A DNA stretch of 37,877 nucleotides. It comes from an uncultured Muribaculaceae bacterium (GTDB lineage: Bacteria > Bacteroidota > Bacteroidia > Bacteroidales > Muribaculaceae). Within the stretch, counting starts at the first letter, position 1. Each line of letters begins with the position of its first letter. Made by a program: the position numbers and the translations under genes. This document shows positions 9,840 to 17,020 of the stretch, one piece after another. The notes beneath the pieces are model-generated. The model searched no databases. It saw nothing but the letters and a program-made list of their open reading frames with translations, and was not told the origin of the DNA. Location of the stretch: positions 1-37,877 of the forward strand of contig CAYOUJ010000021.1 in assembly GCA_964407165.1 (NCBI GenBank), written 5' to 3'.

Positions 9840-10232
9840 ATGGAAGATCAAATACTACAAGATCTGATAAATTATAGAATTAATAGTGCGCATCGTGCCC
9901 TGATTGACTGCGCTACTATGATAGAAACGGGAGGCTACAACTGTGCCATCAACCGAGCCTACTACTCATGTTTCTATGTGCTTAATGCTTATTTTCTAAA
10001 GAAAGGTATAAGCACCAAAACCCACGATGGCATCAAGCAGATGCTTCATCTATATCTTGTGCGCAACGGTCTTGTGACCGTAGAGGAGGGTCGCACTTAT
10101 ACTCGTCTGCTTTCTGACCGAGTGAACTGCGATTACGATGATTACTTCGATAGTGGTGCTGAGGAGGCAGAAAGATACAGACAATTTGCTGAGGCTTTCA
10201 TCGCTAAAATTGAAAAACTTATCAAAGATTAA
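9840..10232 (+). CDS. HEPN domain protein, toxin-like partner of the MNT protein
   Basis: 130 aa. The helical HEPN (PF05168-like) pattern is visible, including the SDRVNCDYDD motif (R-x3-DYD). This locus is markedly AT-rich compared with its flanks. Confidence 0.78.
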   Translation: MEDQILQDLINYRINSAHRALIDCATMIETGGYNCAINRAYYSCFYVLNAYFLKKGISTKTHDGIKQMLHLYLVRNGLVTVEEGRTYTRLLSDRVNCDYDDYFDSGAEEAERYRQFAEAFIAKIEKLIKD

Positions 10233-10267
10233 CACGGGTGGGCAGCCTTGTTGCACAGCCTGGGCGC

Positions 10268-10275
10268 TATCTTTG
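10268..10275 (+). promoter_or_regulatory. -7 promoter element TATCTTTG upstream of recA
   Basis: gcTATCTTTGcaacg lies about 90 nt upstream of the recA ATG. Direct repeats (ttacccgattaa x2, aaaacta x3) sit between the motif and the start. Confidence 0.45.
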
Positions 10276-10364
10276 CAACGTAAATCAAGCGGCACCGTTA
10301 CCCGATTAACCGCTTACCCGATTAAAAACCCAAAATCACAAACTAAAAACTAAAAACTAAATAT

Positions 10365-11507
10365 ATGGCAAAGACTACCAAGAAACCCCTGGATCCCCGC
10401 GAGGCCAAGCTTGCCGCGCTCAGCCAGGCCATGGACAAGATAGAGAAAGACTTCGGCCGCGGCTCCATCATGAAGCTCGGCGACCACTCCGTCGAAAACG
10501 TCGAGGTAATCCCCACCGGCTCCATAGGACTCAACCTTGCCCTCGGCGTCGGCGGATACCCCCGCGGCCGCATCATCGAGATCTACGGCCCCGAGTCCTC
10601 CGGCAAGACCACCCTCGCCATCCACGCCATCGCCGAGGCACAGAAGGCCGGCGGCATCGCCGCAATGATCGATGCCGAGCACGCCTTCGACCGCTTCTAC
10701 GCCGAAAACCTGGGCGTCGACGTCAACAACCTGCTCATCTCCCAGCCCGACAACGGCGAGCAGGCTCTTGAGATTGCCGAGCAGCTCATACGCTCCTCCG
10801 CCATCGACATCATAGTCATCGACTCCGTGGCAGCCCTAACACCCAAGAGCGAGATCGAGGGCGAGATGGGCGACCGCAACGTGGGCCTCCAGGCGCGCCT
10901 CATGTCGCAGGCCATGCGCAAGCTCACCGGCACTATCGCACGCACCAACACCACCTGCATCTTCATCAACCAGCTCCGCGACAAGATAGGCGGCGCACTC
11001 TTCGGCCCCACCGAGACAACCACCGGCGGCAACGCACTCAAGTTCTACTCCTCCGTCCGCATCGACATACGCCCCAGCAGCGCGCTGAAAAACGGCGACG
11101 AGATGTACGGACGCAAGACCAAGGTGAAGGTCGTAAAGAACAAGGTGGCGCCCCCCTTCCGCCGCTGCGAGTTCGACATACTCTTCGGTGAGGGCATCTG
11201 CAAGGCCGGCGAGATCCTCGACATGGGCGTTGACAACGGCATCATCCAGAAGAGCGGCTCGTGGTTCAGCTACGACGGCTCGAAGCTCGCCCAGGGCCGC
11301 GACGCCGCCATAAGCGTCATCAAGGACAACCCCGAGCTGGCCGACGAACTGGAGGCCAAAATCATGGCCGCCATCGCCGCCGCCGAAGACGGCAAGCCCA
11401 AGAAGGCCGCCAAGAAGGAGGAGAAGCCCGCCACCGACCTCGACACCGCCGACCTCGACGAACTCGACACCGAGATCCCCGACGACTTCCTCATGGAAGA
11501 AGACTAA
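10365..11507 (+). CDS. recA: Recombinase RecA
   Basis: 380 aa. The Walker A motif GPESSGKTT, the RecA core ([45 protein letters not shown]) and the L2 loop are present. The C-terminus carries a long Lys-rich then acidic tail. Confidence 0.97.
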   Translation: MAKTTKKPLDPREAKLAALSQAMDKIEKDFGRGSIMKLGDHSVENVEVIPTGSIGLNLALGVGGYPRGRIIEIYGPESSGKTTLAIHAIAEAQKAGGIAAMIDAEHAFDRFYAENLGVDVNNLLISQPDNGEQALEIAEQLIRSSAIDIIVIDSVAALTPKSEIEGEMGDRNVGLQARLMSQAMRKLTGTIARTNTTCIFINQLRDKIGGALFGPTETTTGGNALKFYSSVRIDIRPSSALKNGDEMYGRKTKVKVVKNKVAPPFRRCEFDILFGEGICKAGEILDMGVDNGIIQKSGSWFSYDGSKLAQGRDAAISVIKDNPELADELEAKIMAAIAAAEDGKPKKAAKKEEKPATDLDTADLDELDTEIPDDFLMEED

Positions 11508-11512
11508 TCCCC

Positions 11513-11575
11513 AAAATCATCGACAATCATCGATAAAAATCGATAATTATCGATAATAATCGATTATCATCGACT
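11513..11575. repeat. Six tandem 10-bp units, each centred on ATCGA(T/C) (consensus wwnATCGAyA), between recA and ribH
   Basis: The units read atcatcgaca, atcatcgata, aaaatcgata, attatcgata, ataatcgatt, atcatcgact. The helical-turn periodicity and phased A/T tracts are seen directly in the sequence. Confidence 0.8.
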
Positions 11576-11590
11576 CCAACTCGACACCCC

Positions 11591-12070
11591 ATGTCACAAA
11601 ACATCCCCATATCCCCCGTCCCGGCCCTCGACGACGTCCGCGTCTCAGTCATCGCCGCCGAGTGGAACGCCGAGGTCACTGACCGTCTCCTCGCCTCCGC
11701 CGTCGACACCCTGCGCCGCTACGGGCTCACCTCCGAAGACATCGACGTCTTCCGCGTCCCAGGCACCATAGAGCTGACCTTTGCCGCATCCCAGGTCATC
11801 GAGGCCTCCATCGCCGACGCCGTCATCGTCATCGGCTGCGTCGAGCGCGGCGACACCCCCCACTTCGACTACGTCTGCCAGAGCGTCACCCAGGGCGTCA
11901 CCGCCCTCAACGCCGACTGCGACGTCCCCGTCATCTTCTGCGTCCTCACCGTCGACACCCATCAGCAGGCCCTCGACCGCTGCGGAGGCCCCGCCGGCGA
12001 CAAAGGCATCGAGGCCGCCGAAGCCGCCCTCAAGATGGTCGGCTTCAAGCGCCTCGTCGAGTCAATGTAA
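11591..12070 (+). CDS. ribH: 6,7-dimethyl-8-ribityllumazine synthase
   Basis: 159 aa. The lumazine synthase core motifs are present: VIAAEWNAEVTD, VPGTIELTFA, and VIVIGCVERGDTPHFDYVC (the conserved RG-T-HF-YV motif). Confidence 0.85.
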   Translation: MSQNIPISPVPALDDVRVSVIAAEWNAEVTDRLLASAVDTLRRYGLTSEDIDVFRVPGTIELTFAASQVIEASIADAVIVIGCVERGDTPHFDYVCQSVTQGVTALNADCDVPVIFCVLTVDTHQQALDRCGGPAGDKGIEAAEAALKMVGFKRLVESM

Positions 12071-12086
12071 CTCGCTGTCATATCAC

Positions 12087-12140
12087 GCGAAGAAACAAAG
12101 GAATAAAAAGAAATTTCTTTTTATTCCTTTGTTTCTTCGC
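12087..12140. terminator. Long perfect hairpin: a bidirectional intrinsic terminator after ribH
   Basis: 24-nt perfect inverted repeat gcgaagaaacaaaggaataaaaag / ctttttattcctttgtttcttcgc with a 6-nt loop. The stem is flanked by an A/T run that gives U-tracts on both strands. Confidence 0.8.
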
Positions 12141-12190
12141 ATGATGGTCAGTGAAATTAGTTGTATATAGCCTCCACTTCATACATTTAA

Positions 12191-12315
12191 TTTTCAGGAC
12201 GGGTCACATTGTCAACCTTGTCAGGACGCATGTCAACCAACACAGGACAATTGTCAACTTTATCAGTAAAAACTGTCAACCATTTTCAGGACGGGTCAAT
12301 TTTCAGGACGGGTCA
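12191..12315. repeat. Operator-like repeat array: 3x ttttcaggacgggtca (two directly tandem), 4x TGTCAAC, 5x CAGGAC
   Basis: 17-mer copies at 12191, 12283 and 12300. CAGGAC-n3-TGTCAAC occurs twice, 22 bp apart. The array sits between the ribH terminator and the promoter of the downstream module. Confidence 0.8.
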
Positions 12316-12350
12316 AAATGAACCAATATGATTAACTAAGATTAACAAAT

Positions 12351-12358
12351 GGGGGGGG
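12351..12358. repeat. G8 homopolymer tract about 20 nt upstream of the -7 promoter element
   Basis: caaatGGGGGGGGtaaatttagc. This is a simple-sequence tract located in the -33 region of a promoter. Confidence 0.9.
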
Positions 12359-12377
12359 TAAATTTAGCAAAATTTCG

Positions 12378-12385
12378 TAAATTTG
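12378..12385 (+). promoter_or_regulatory. -7 promoter element TAAATTTG (tttcgTAAATTTGccg) for the TerB-like/SPFH module
   Basis: Perfect TAnnTTTG match. The 13-mer tttcgtaaatttg is shared with the ispB promoter at 18011. A second TAAATTT lies 20 nt upstream. Confidence 0.55.
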
Positions 12386-12564
12386 CCGTGTCTTTACCTC
12401 CCGGCGGCTTGCACACGGTCGCCGGACGACATGCTGTAAAGTGTTTGTTCACCCTGCATGGGAGGATGACGTTTCCCGCGCTTTCCAGAGATGTCTCAGA
12501 CCATGAAACGAGTTCCACCCCGGGCCCAGGGAGACGATCCCGGATATCAAACCAACATTACCAA

Positions 12565-13734
12565 ATGACTTTAGCTGATTTTGAGAAGTTTGTAGATCTT
12601 ACCCTTGCCGACGGAGTCATCACGCCGCAGGAGCAGCAGGCTCTTGTCAAGCGGGCTGCAGAGCTTAACCTTTCGCCGGACGAGGTGCAGATTATCATCG
12701 AGGCGCGCGTGCATGAGATGAACCAACGCAAGGAGCAGCAGGCCAAGACGGCTGCAGCGCCGGCACCGGCGGCATCCAACAAGGCTGGCAACGTGCGCAA
12801 ATGTCCCGCCTGCGGCGCCCCTATAACGGGCACCAGCACATCGTGCCCCGAGTGTGGGCATGTGTTTACCGGCGTCGCCGCCGTAAGCAGCGCCACGCGC
12901 CTGTTTGAGATGATACAGGAGGCCCAGACCCGTGCGTCAAAGGCGCTCACCGAGCATGAGGCCCGTAAAAATCAGCGACTGGCTGACCTCGACGTAAAGC
13001 AGGCCGAGTCAACCAACCTACTCACCGAGAAGCAGAACGAGGGGGGCACGATGGCCAAGATAATGGCGTCGAAGACCAAGCAGCAGGCCGAGCGCGCCGC
13101 CCTGGCCCAGAAACACGCTCAGGAGCGACAGGATCTCGTGCGCGAGCTTGAGAGAAGCCGCGCCGCCCTGAGCAAGGACCTGATGGAGGAGAAGCGCCAA
13201 ATCATCAAGAACTTCCCGGTGCCCAACACCCGTGAGGATCTCATGGAGCTGCTGGCCATGGCCTCGTCGAACGCCTACGACAACGACGGCGTCATCGGCC
13301 CGGAGGAGGAGGTGTGGATACAGAAGACCGACCAGATCTATACCAAGATCAAGGCTGTGAGCAAAAACGACAAAGACCTTCTCGAGGAGGCCACAAACGT
13401 GGTGATCGGCCTGATGAGCCGTCTCCCCAACGCCTACAAGCACTTCACCTCCCTTCCCACAGGATATGAGTCCCGCATGGCCGAGCAGGTGAAAGCCGCC
13501 CGCGAGAACAAGAAGGAGATGAAGAAGGAGGCTCTGAGGGACTCGCTGATGGCCTACAAGACGTGGATCGTCGGCTCCGGCGCGGCCGTCTTGTTCGGAC
13601 TGCTCCTGATGCTCTGCGGCGCCGCTATTTTCGGATTCCTGATTTTTGTCGTCGGCCTTTGCGTGGGCGGCAAGATGATAAAGAAAGGCTACGACAACTA
13701 CAACGTCGAGAAGCGCAACATAGAGGCATACTGA
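12565..13734 (+). CDS. Membrane-anchored protein: TerB-like N-terminal domain, C4 zinc ribbon, long coiled coil, C-terminal transmembrane segment
   Basis: The start is taken at the ATG for MTLADFEKF, because the track ORF from 12349 begins with non-coding-looking residues. It contains a TerB/DjlA-N-like helix pair (LADGVITPQEQQALVKRAAELNLSPDEV) and a zinc ribbon CPACG-x11-CPECG. About 200 aa are charged coiled coil, and the C-terminus is hydrophobic (VLFGLLLMLCGAAIFGFLIFVVGLCVGG). Confidence 0.6.
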   Translation: MTLADFEKFVDLTLADGVITPQEQQALVKRAAELNLSPDEVQIIIEARVHEMNQRKEQQAKTAAAPAPAASNKAGNVRKCPACGAPITGTSTSCPECGHVFTGVAAVSSATRLFEMIQEAQTRASKALTEHEARKNQRLADLDVKQAESTNLLTEKQNEGGTMAKIMASKTKQQAERAALAQKHAQERQDLVRELERSRAALSKDLMEEKRQIIKNFPVPNTREDLMELLAMASSNAYDNDGVIGPEEEVWIQKTDQIYTKIKAVSKNDKDLLEEATNVVIGLMSRLPNAYKHFTSLPTGYESRMAEQVKAARENKKEMKKEALRDSLMAYKTWIVGSGAAVLFGLLLMLCGAAIFGFLIFVVGLCVGGKMIKKGYDNYNVEKRNIEAY

Positions 13735-13735
13735 C

Positions 13736-15232
13736 ATGGGGATATTCGGAAAAGGCAAAGGCGGCGGCTTGATGAACGTCATCCGCTGCGACGAACAAGA
13801 ATATCTGGTGTGGAAGTGGCGCCCTGCCGGGCAGGACGCCAACACCACATCGCGTGAGAACGCCATACGCTGGGGCAGCTCGCTGCGCGTGAAAGACGGC
13901 GAGGTGGCCGTGTTTGTCTACAAGCAGAAAGCCGGCGCTATGCAGGAGTTTATCGAAGGACCCTTCGACGAGATCCTCAAGACTGCCAACCTCCCGATCA
14001 TATCCAAGATCGTGGGGATGGCTTACGGCGGCGAAAGCCCGTTCCAGGCCGATGTCTATTTCATCAACCTCGCGGGTATCATCCAGGTGAAGTTTGCCAT
14101 CCCATACTTCGATGTGCAGGACCCGCGCTTCCCCGATATGTCGGTGCCGGTGGCCACGGGTGGCACCATCTCGTTCAAGATTGACGACTACAAGGCTTTC
14201 ATCAAGGTCAACCGCCTGATCAACTTTACCCTCGACGACTTCAAAAATCAGATCAAAGACGCCGTGGTGCGCCGCGTCAAGGGCAACATCACCAACGTGC
14301 TCTACGCAATAAATCTGCCTTTAGTGCAGATCGAGCGCAACATAGAGGGGATCGGCGACGCTATCAAAGAGAAGCTGAAGGTCGACCTGGAGGACTTCGG
14401 CGTCACCCTGCGCCGCTTTGACCTCAGCCGCATAGAGCCTGACAAGGAGAGCGAGAACTGGCTCAAGCTCCAGCAAGTGACGGCCGAATTCTCGATGCGC
14501 TCCACGGCAACCAACCAGAATATTGCCATCGACACGGCCAACGCCCAGGCACAGGCAAACATACAGAACATCCACGACATGCAGGCCATCAACACGCAGA
14601 ACATGTCGGAAACGCTGCGCATACAGCGCGAGGAGATGCAGCGCGCCCAGCGCGCCCAGACCGAGCAGGCCGCATACGCGCAGAAACTGCAGAGCGAGCA
14701 GGCCAACATTGGCGCGTTCTCCGTCGGGCGCCAGGCCGACGTGCTTGCTGCCGCGGCCAACAATCTTGGCCAGATGGGCAACATGAACATGGGCTCGGGC
14801 AATGGCGGCTTCAATCCGGCCGGCATGATGACCGGCATGGCCGTCGGCGGCGCTGTCGGCCAGCAGATGGCCCAGATGATGGCGCAGATGAACAACGGCC
14901 AAATGGGCGGTGGCGCCGCGCCTACTCCCCCGCCGGCGCCTGCGGCACCCACACCGCCGCCCATGCCCGGACAGCTGAGCACCACCCCGGATTATTATCT
15001 TGCCGAGAACGGCCAACAAAGCGGGCCGTTCAGCGTGGCGCAGCTCAAGCAGCTCGTCGACGCCGGGAAGATGACCGCACAGTCGATGGTCTGGAAAAAC
15101 GGCATGCCCCAGTGGGCGCAAGCCGCACAGTTGTCAGAGCTGCAGGTGCTCTTCATGCCCGCCGGCTCCACCGCGGCCCCCGGCATGCCCCCCGTGCCCC
15201 CACCTCCCGCAGGAATGCCTCCAATGCCCTAA
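13736..15232 (+). CDS. SPFH/Band-7 (Band_7_1 family, flotillin-like) protein with a C-terminal DUF4339 (GYF-like) domain and a Pro-rich tail
   Basis: 498 aa. The N-terminal MGIFGKGKGGGLMNVIRCDE..LVWKW region is characteristic of the PF13421 family (B. subtilis YdjI-like). It has a central Gln/Ala-rich coiled coil. The C-terminus reads YYLAENGQQSGPFSVAQLKQLVDAGKMTAQSMVWKNGMPQWAQA (DUF4339). Its start is 2 nt after the previous stop. Confidence 0.75.
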   Translation: MGIFGKGKGGGLMNVIRCDEQEYLVWKWRPAGQDANTTSRENAIRWGSSLRVKDGEVAVFVYKQKAGAMQEFIEGPFDEILKTANLPIISKIVGMAYGGESPFQADVYFINLAGIIQVKFAIPYFDVQDPRFPDMSVPVATGGTISFKIDDYKAFIKVNRLINFTLDDFKNQIKDAVVRRVKGNITNVLYAINLPLVQIERNIEGIGDAIKEKLKVDLEDFGVTLRRFDLSRIEPDKESENWLKLQQVTAEFSMRSTATNQNIAIDTANAQAQANIQNIHDMQAINTQNMSETLRIQREEMQRAQRAQTEQAAYAQKLQSEQANIGAFSVGRQADVLAAAANNLGQMGNMNMGSGNGGFNPAGMMTGMAVGGAVGQQMAQMMAQMNNGQMGGGAAPTPPPAPAAPTPPPMPGQLSTTPDYYLAENGQQSGPFSVAQLKQLVDAGKMTAQSMVWKNGMPQWAQAAQLSELQVLFMPAGSTAAPGMPPVPPPPAGMPPMP

Positions 15233-15244
15233 AACATTAACATC

Positions 15245-15598
15245 ATGATAAACAATTTCAACGCCGTAGACCAGCTGGTAGAGTTCGGCCTGGGAATAGC
15301 CGTGGCACAGCAGATGGTCAAGATGATGAACACCACCATGGCCGGGGTCAACGCCCCCACGGTGAAAAATCCCTCTATCGACACATTCCGCATGCCCAAC
15401 CCAAACGGGCATCTTGTGCAACTCTATGTCGGCACCTCCGAGGGTGTGGCCGGGCCGTTTGACGAGAGCCAAATCTCCGCCCTGCTTGCAGCGCACAAAA
15501 TCACCGCCGACACCCTGGCATGGATGCCCGGCATGGAGACGTGGACGCAAGCCTCAAACATACCGTTGGTCAACAAATACATCCTTTTGCAGTCATGA
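15245..15598 (+). CDS. Small stand-alone DUF4339 (GYF-like) domain protein
   Basis: 117 aa. LYVGTSEGVAGPFDESQISALLAAHKITADTLAWMPGMETWTQASNIP is paralogous to the C-terminal domain of the preceding gene. Confidence 0.6.
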   Translation: MINNFNAVDQLVEFGLGIAVAQQMVKMMNTTMAGVNAPTVKNPSIDTFRMPNPNGHLVQLYVGTSEGVAGPFDESQISALLAAHKITADTLAWMPGMETWTQASNIPLVNKYILLQS

Positions 15599-15936
15599 GC
15601 CGCAACGCCACCTTCCCCGTCATCCTGATCATCGCGGGTGCCGCGCTTGCCTGGGTGGGATACACCCTCGGCGTGGCAGACCTCCAAAAATGGCTCCTGG
15701 CGGTAATCACTTTCGTGGAGTTTGCCGTGGCCGGCTGGGCGTCATACATCATAGCCCGGGCCGAAGACGGGCGCAACCGCGTCAACCTGCGCGTGGTGAC
15801 AATCCTGGTCATGACGGCCGCGCTGGTCATGAACTTCATCTTCTCTTTCTTCGCGTTCACGGCAGTGGCAATATGCGTCCCAAACATATTGCTCATGCTT
15901 ATACTGGTCGTATCAATGCTCAATATCAAATACTAA
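15595..15936 (+). CDS. Small integral membrane protein (about 113 aa, 3-4 TM), translationally coupled via an ATGA overlap
   Basis: The start is corrected to the ATG for MSRNATFPVILIIAG, which overlaps the stop of the upstream gene. The protein is strongly hydrophobic. The N-terminal 25 aa of the track ORF overlap the previous gene. Confidence 0.5.
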   Translation: MSRNATFPVILIIAGAALAWVGYTLGVADLQKWLLAVITFVEFAVAGWASYIIARAEDGRNRVNLRVVTILVMTAALVMNFIFSFFAFTAVAICVPNILLMLILVVSMLNIKY

Positions 15937-15953
15937 TCAAAACCCATCAAATT

Positions 15954-16250
15954 ATGGATGCTCAAACGCCTGCAATCCCTGTTGCCCAGCCCAAGAAGAA
16001 GGCCGGCTGGTTCTTGGAACTCGTATTCTTACTGCTGGCAGTGGCCATCGATGTGTTCACCGTCATCACCGGCTTCAACAAGGGTCTCGAGACAGCGCTG
16101 TATGTCTGTCTGGCCCTGTGTGTGGTCTACTTCATCATAGTCATGTGCTCGGGGCGCCTGCGCCGCAACTCCTACATCAAGTGGCTGGCCTGGATCGGCC
16201 TGATTGATGCCGCTTACTGGATGTATGACATGTTTAGTGCCGCCGGCTGA
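15954..16250 (+). CDS. Small integral membrane protein (about 98 aa, 2-3 TM)
   Basis: It lies in the frame of track ORF 15414..16250. Only the segment from MDAQTPAIPVAQPKKKAGWFLELVFLLLAVAIDVFTVITGF onward looks coding. The upstream part of that ORF is Arg/Pro-rich read-through of the neighbouring genes. Confidence 0.5.
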   Translation: MDAQTPAIPVAQPKKKAGWFLELVFLLLAVAIDVFTVITGFNKGLETALYVCLALCVVYFIIVMCSGRLRRNSYIKWLAWIGLIDAAYWMYDMFSAAG

Positions 16251-16373
16251 TAACCCCATCCCAACGAGTGATAATGAGGGCGCAGCCCTCAAAGATTGTA
16301 GCCGTGGGTGGCCGCGCTTCGCGCGTCTCACCCACGGCTACCGTCACGATACATTACTCACGAAAGCGAGGCG

Positions 16374-16955
16374 TCACTTGCCGCAACAGCCCCCTTTGGG
16401 CGAGCCGTTGCAGTCGCAGTCTGCGCCGCCGCAGTCGCCATCGGCGCAACCGCCGCCGGAGCAGCAGCACGAGGGCTTGAGCTCCTCGGGGGTGGCGTCA
16501 CGCACGGTGAGTATCTCGCCTTCGAGGCGCACGGGCTTGCCGGCCAGCGGGTGGTTGAAGTCCATCTTCACACTGTCCTTGCCCACGCTGACCACCTTGC
16601 CGTTGACGCGGAAGCCGTCGCCGGTCATCATCGGCACCTCGGCGCCGGGCTTGATGAACTCGGCGTCAAAGACGCCGTCGACCAGGAATATCTCCTTCTC
16701 GAGCGTCACGACGGCCTCGGGGTCGTAGGGGCCGAAGGCCTCCTCGGCCGTGCAGGTGACGTCAAACTTGTCGCCGACCTGCTTGCCCTCGAGGGCCTCC
16801 TCGAGGGGACGGATCACGTACTGGGTGACGCCGAAGATGATGCGTTCGGGATCCTCGCGGTCCATCTGGTGGCGCAGGGTTTCCTTGCCATCGGGGCCTA
16901 TCTCATAGACGTTGTAGGCCATCTCGACGTATTTGCCGGGTTGTATTTTCTCCAT
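16374..16955 (-). CDS. slyD: FKBP-type peptidyl-prolyl cis-trans isomerase SlyD with a Cys-rich metal-binding tail
   Basis: 193 aa. It has an FKBP domain interrupted by an IF (insert-in-flap) domain. The C-terminal tail is CCCSGGGCADGDCGGADCDCNGSPKGGCCGK, as in SlyD. Confidence 0.85.
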   Translation of the reverse strand: MEKIQPGKYVEMAYNVYEIGPDGKETLRHQMDREDPERIIFGVTQYVIRPLEEALEGKQVGDKFDVTCTAEEAFGPYDPEAVVTLEKEIFLVDGVFDAEFIKPGAEVPMMTGDGFRVNGKVVSVGKDSVKMDFNHPLAGKPVRLEGEILTVRDATPEELKPSCCCSGGGCADGDCGGADCDCNGSPKGGCCGK

Positions 16956-17020
16956 GACAATAGTATTCAGATTTCAGTTTTCAGTATTCAGATTTAAAAC
17001 ACGCAGGGGGGCGCCTCGGT

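Noticed and set aside
15414-15953. The 5' 540 nt of track ORF 15414..16250 and the 5' part of 15520..15936
   Set aside because: The translations are Arg/Pro/His-rich and overlap the bona fide DUF4339 and membrane genes in other frames. Only the segments from the internal ATGs (15954 and 15595) look like real membrane proteins.
16308-16997. 229-aa plus-strand ORF across the slyD locus
   Set aside because: It is antisense to the well-supported slyD gene and has Gly/Ala/Val-rich artefact composition.
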